Origin: Paragordius varius
Taxonomy: Eukaryota; Animalia; Nematomorpha
NCBI GenBank assembly: GCA_964247055.1
Contig: OZ176052.1
Coordinates: 8,742,001-8,806,000, forward strand
Direction of reading: 5' to 3'
Length of the DNA: 64,000 bases
Below the pieces are notes generated by a model. It searched no databases and had not been told where the DNA came from. It saw only the letters and a list, made by a program, of their open reading frames with translations. The stretch's first letter is position 1. The number at the start of each line of letters is the position of its first letter. This document shows, piece by piece, positions 63,949 to 64,000 of this stretch. Position numbers and translations under genes: made by a program.

Positions 63949-64000
63949 GACTGAAATAAATGTGTTGTATCCAGGCGTTAAGGACACTAACTCATCTGTA

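Overview
Very AT-rich, intron-containing animal (invertebrate, probably protostome) genomic DNA with two spliced genes on the minus strand. (1) A complete crumbs gene spans 58743 to 20121. I assembled 33 GT-AG exons by hand with consistent reading phase (about 7776 nt, about 2590 aa; the exon 1/2 junction is ambiguous). Domain order is signal peptide, N-terminal LamG-like domain, about 18 EGF repeats, three LamG domains separated by EGFs, about 15 membrane-proximal EGFs, a TM helix and a 37-aa tail with the FERM-binding motif and ERLI. (2) The 5' six exons of a three-Ig DIP-family (Dpr-interacting protein/IgLON-like) gene run from 8495 to 17 and continue off the window. The most notable feature is a 1.33-kb ORF inside the largest crumbs intron (32695-31363). 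It has its own ATG and signal peptide, a Cys-free mucin-like body and a phase-1 donor compatible with the next crumbs acceptor. This predicts a LamG-less, mucin-stalked short Crumbs isoform from an internal promoter. Introns and intergenic DNA carry two decayed Mos1-like mariners, a 5'-truncated RTE LINE, several MITE families, a foldback-like element, a roughly 320-bp dimeric tandem array and (TA)n tracts. All analysis was by eye; no searches or folding programs were run.
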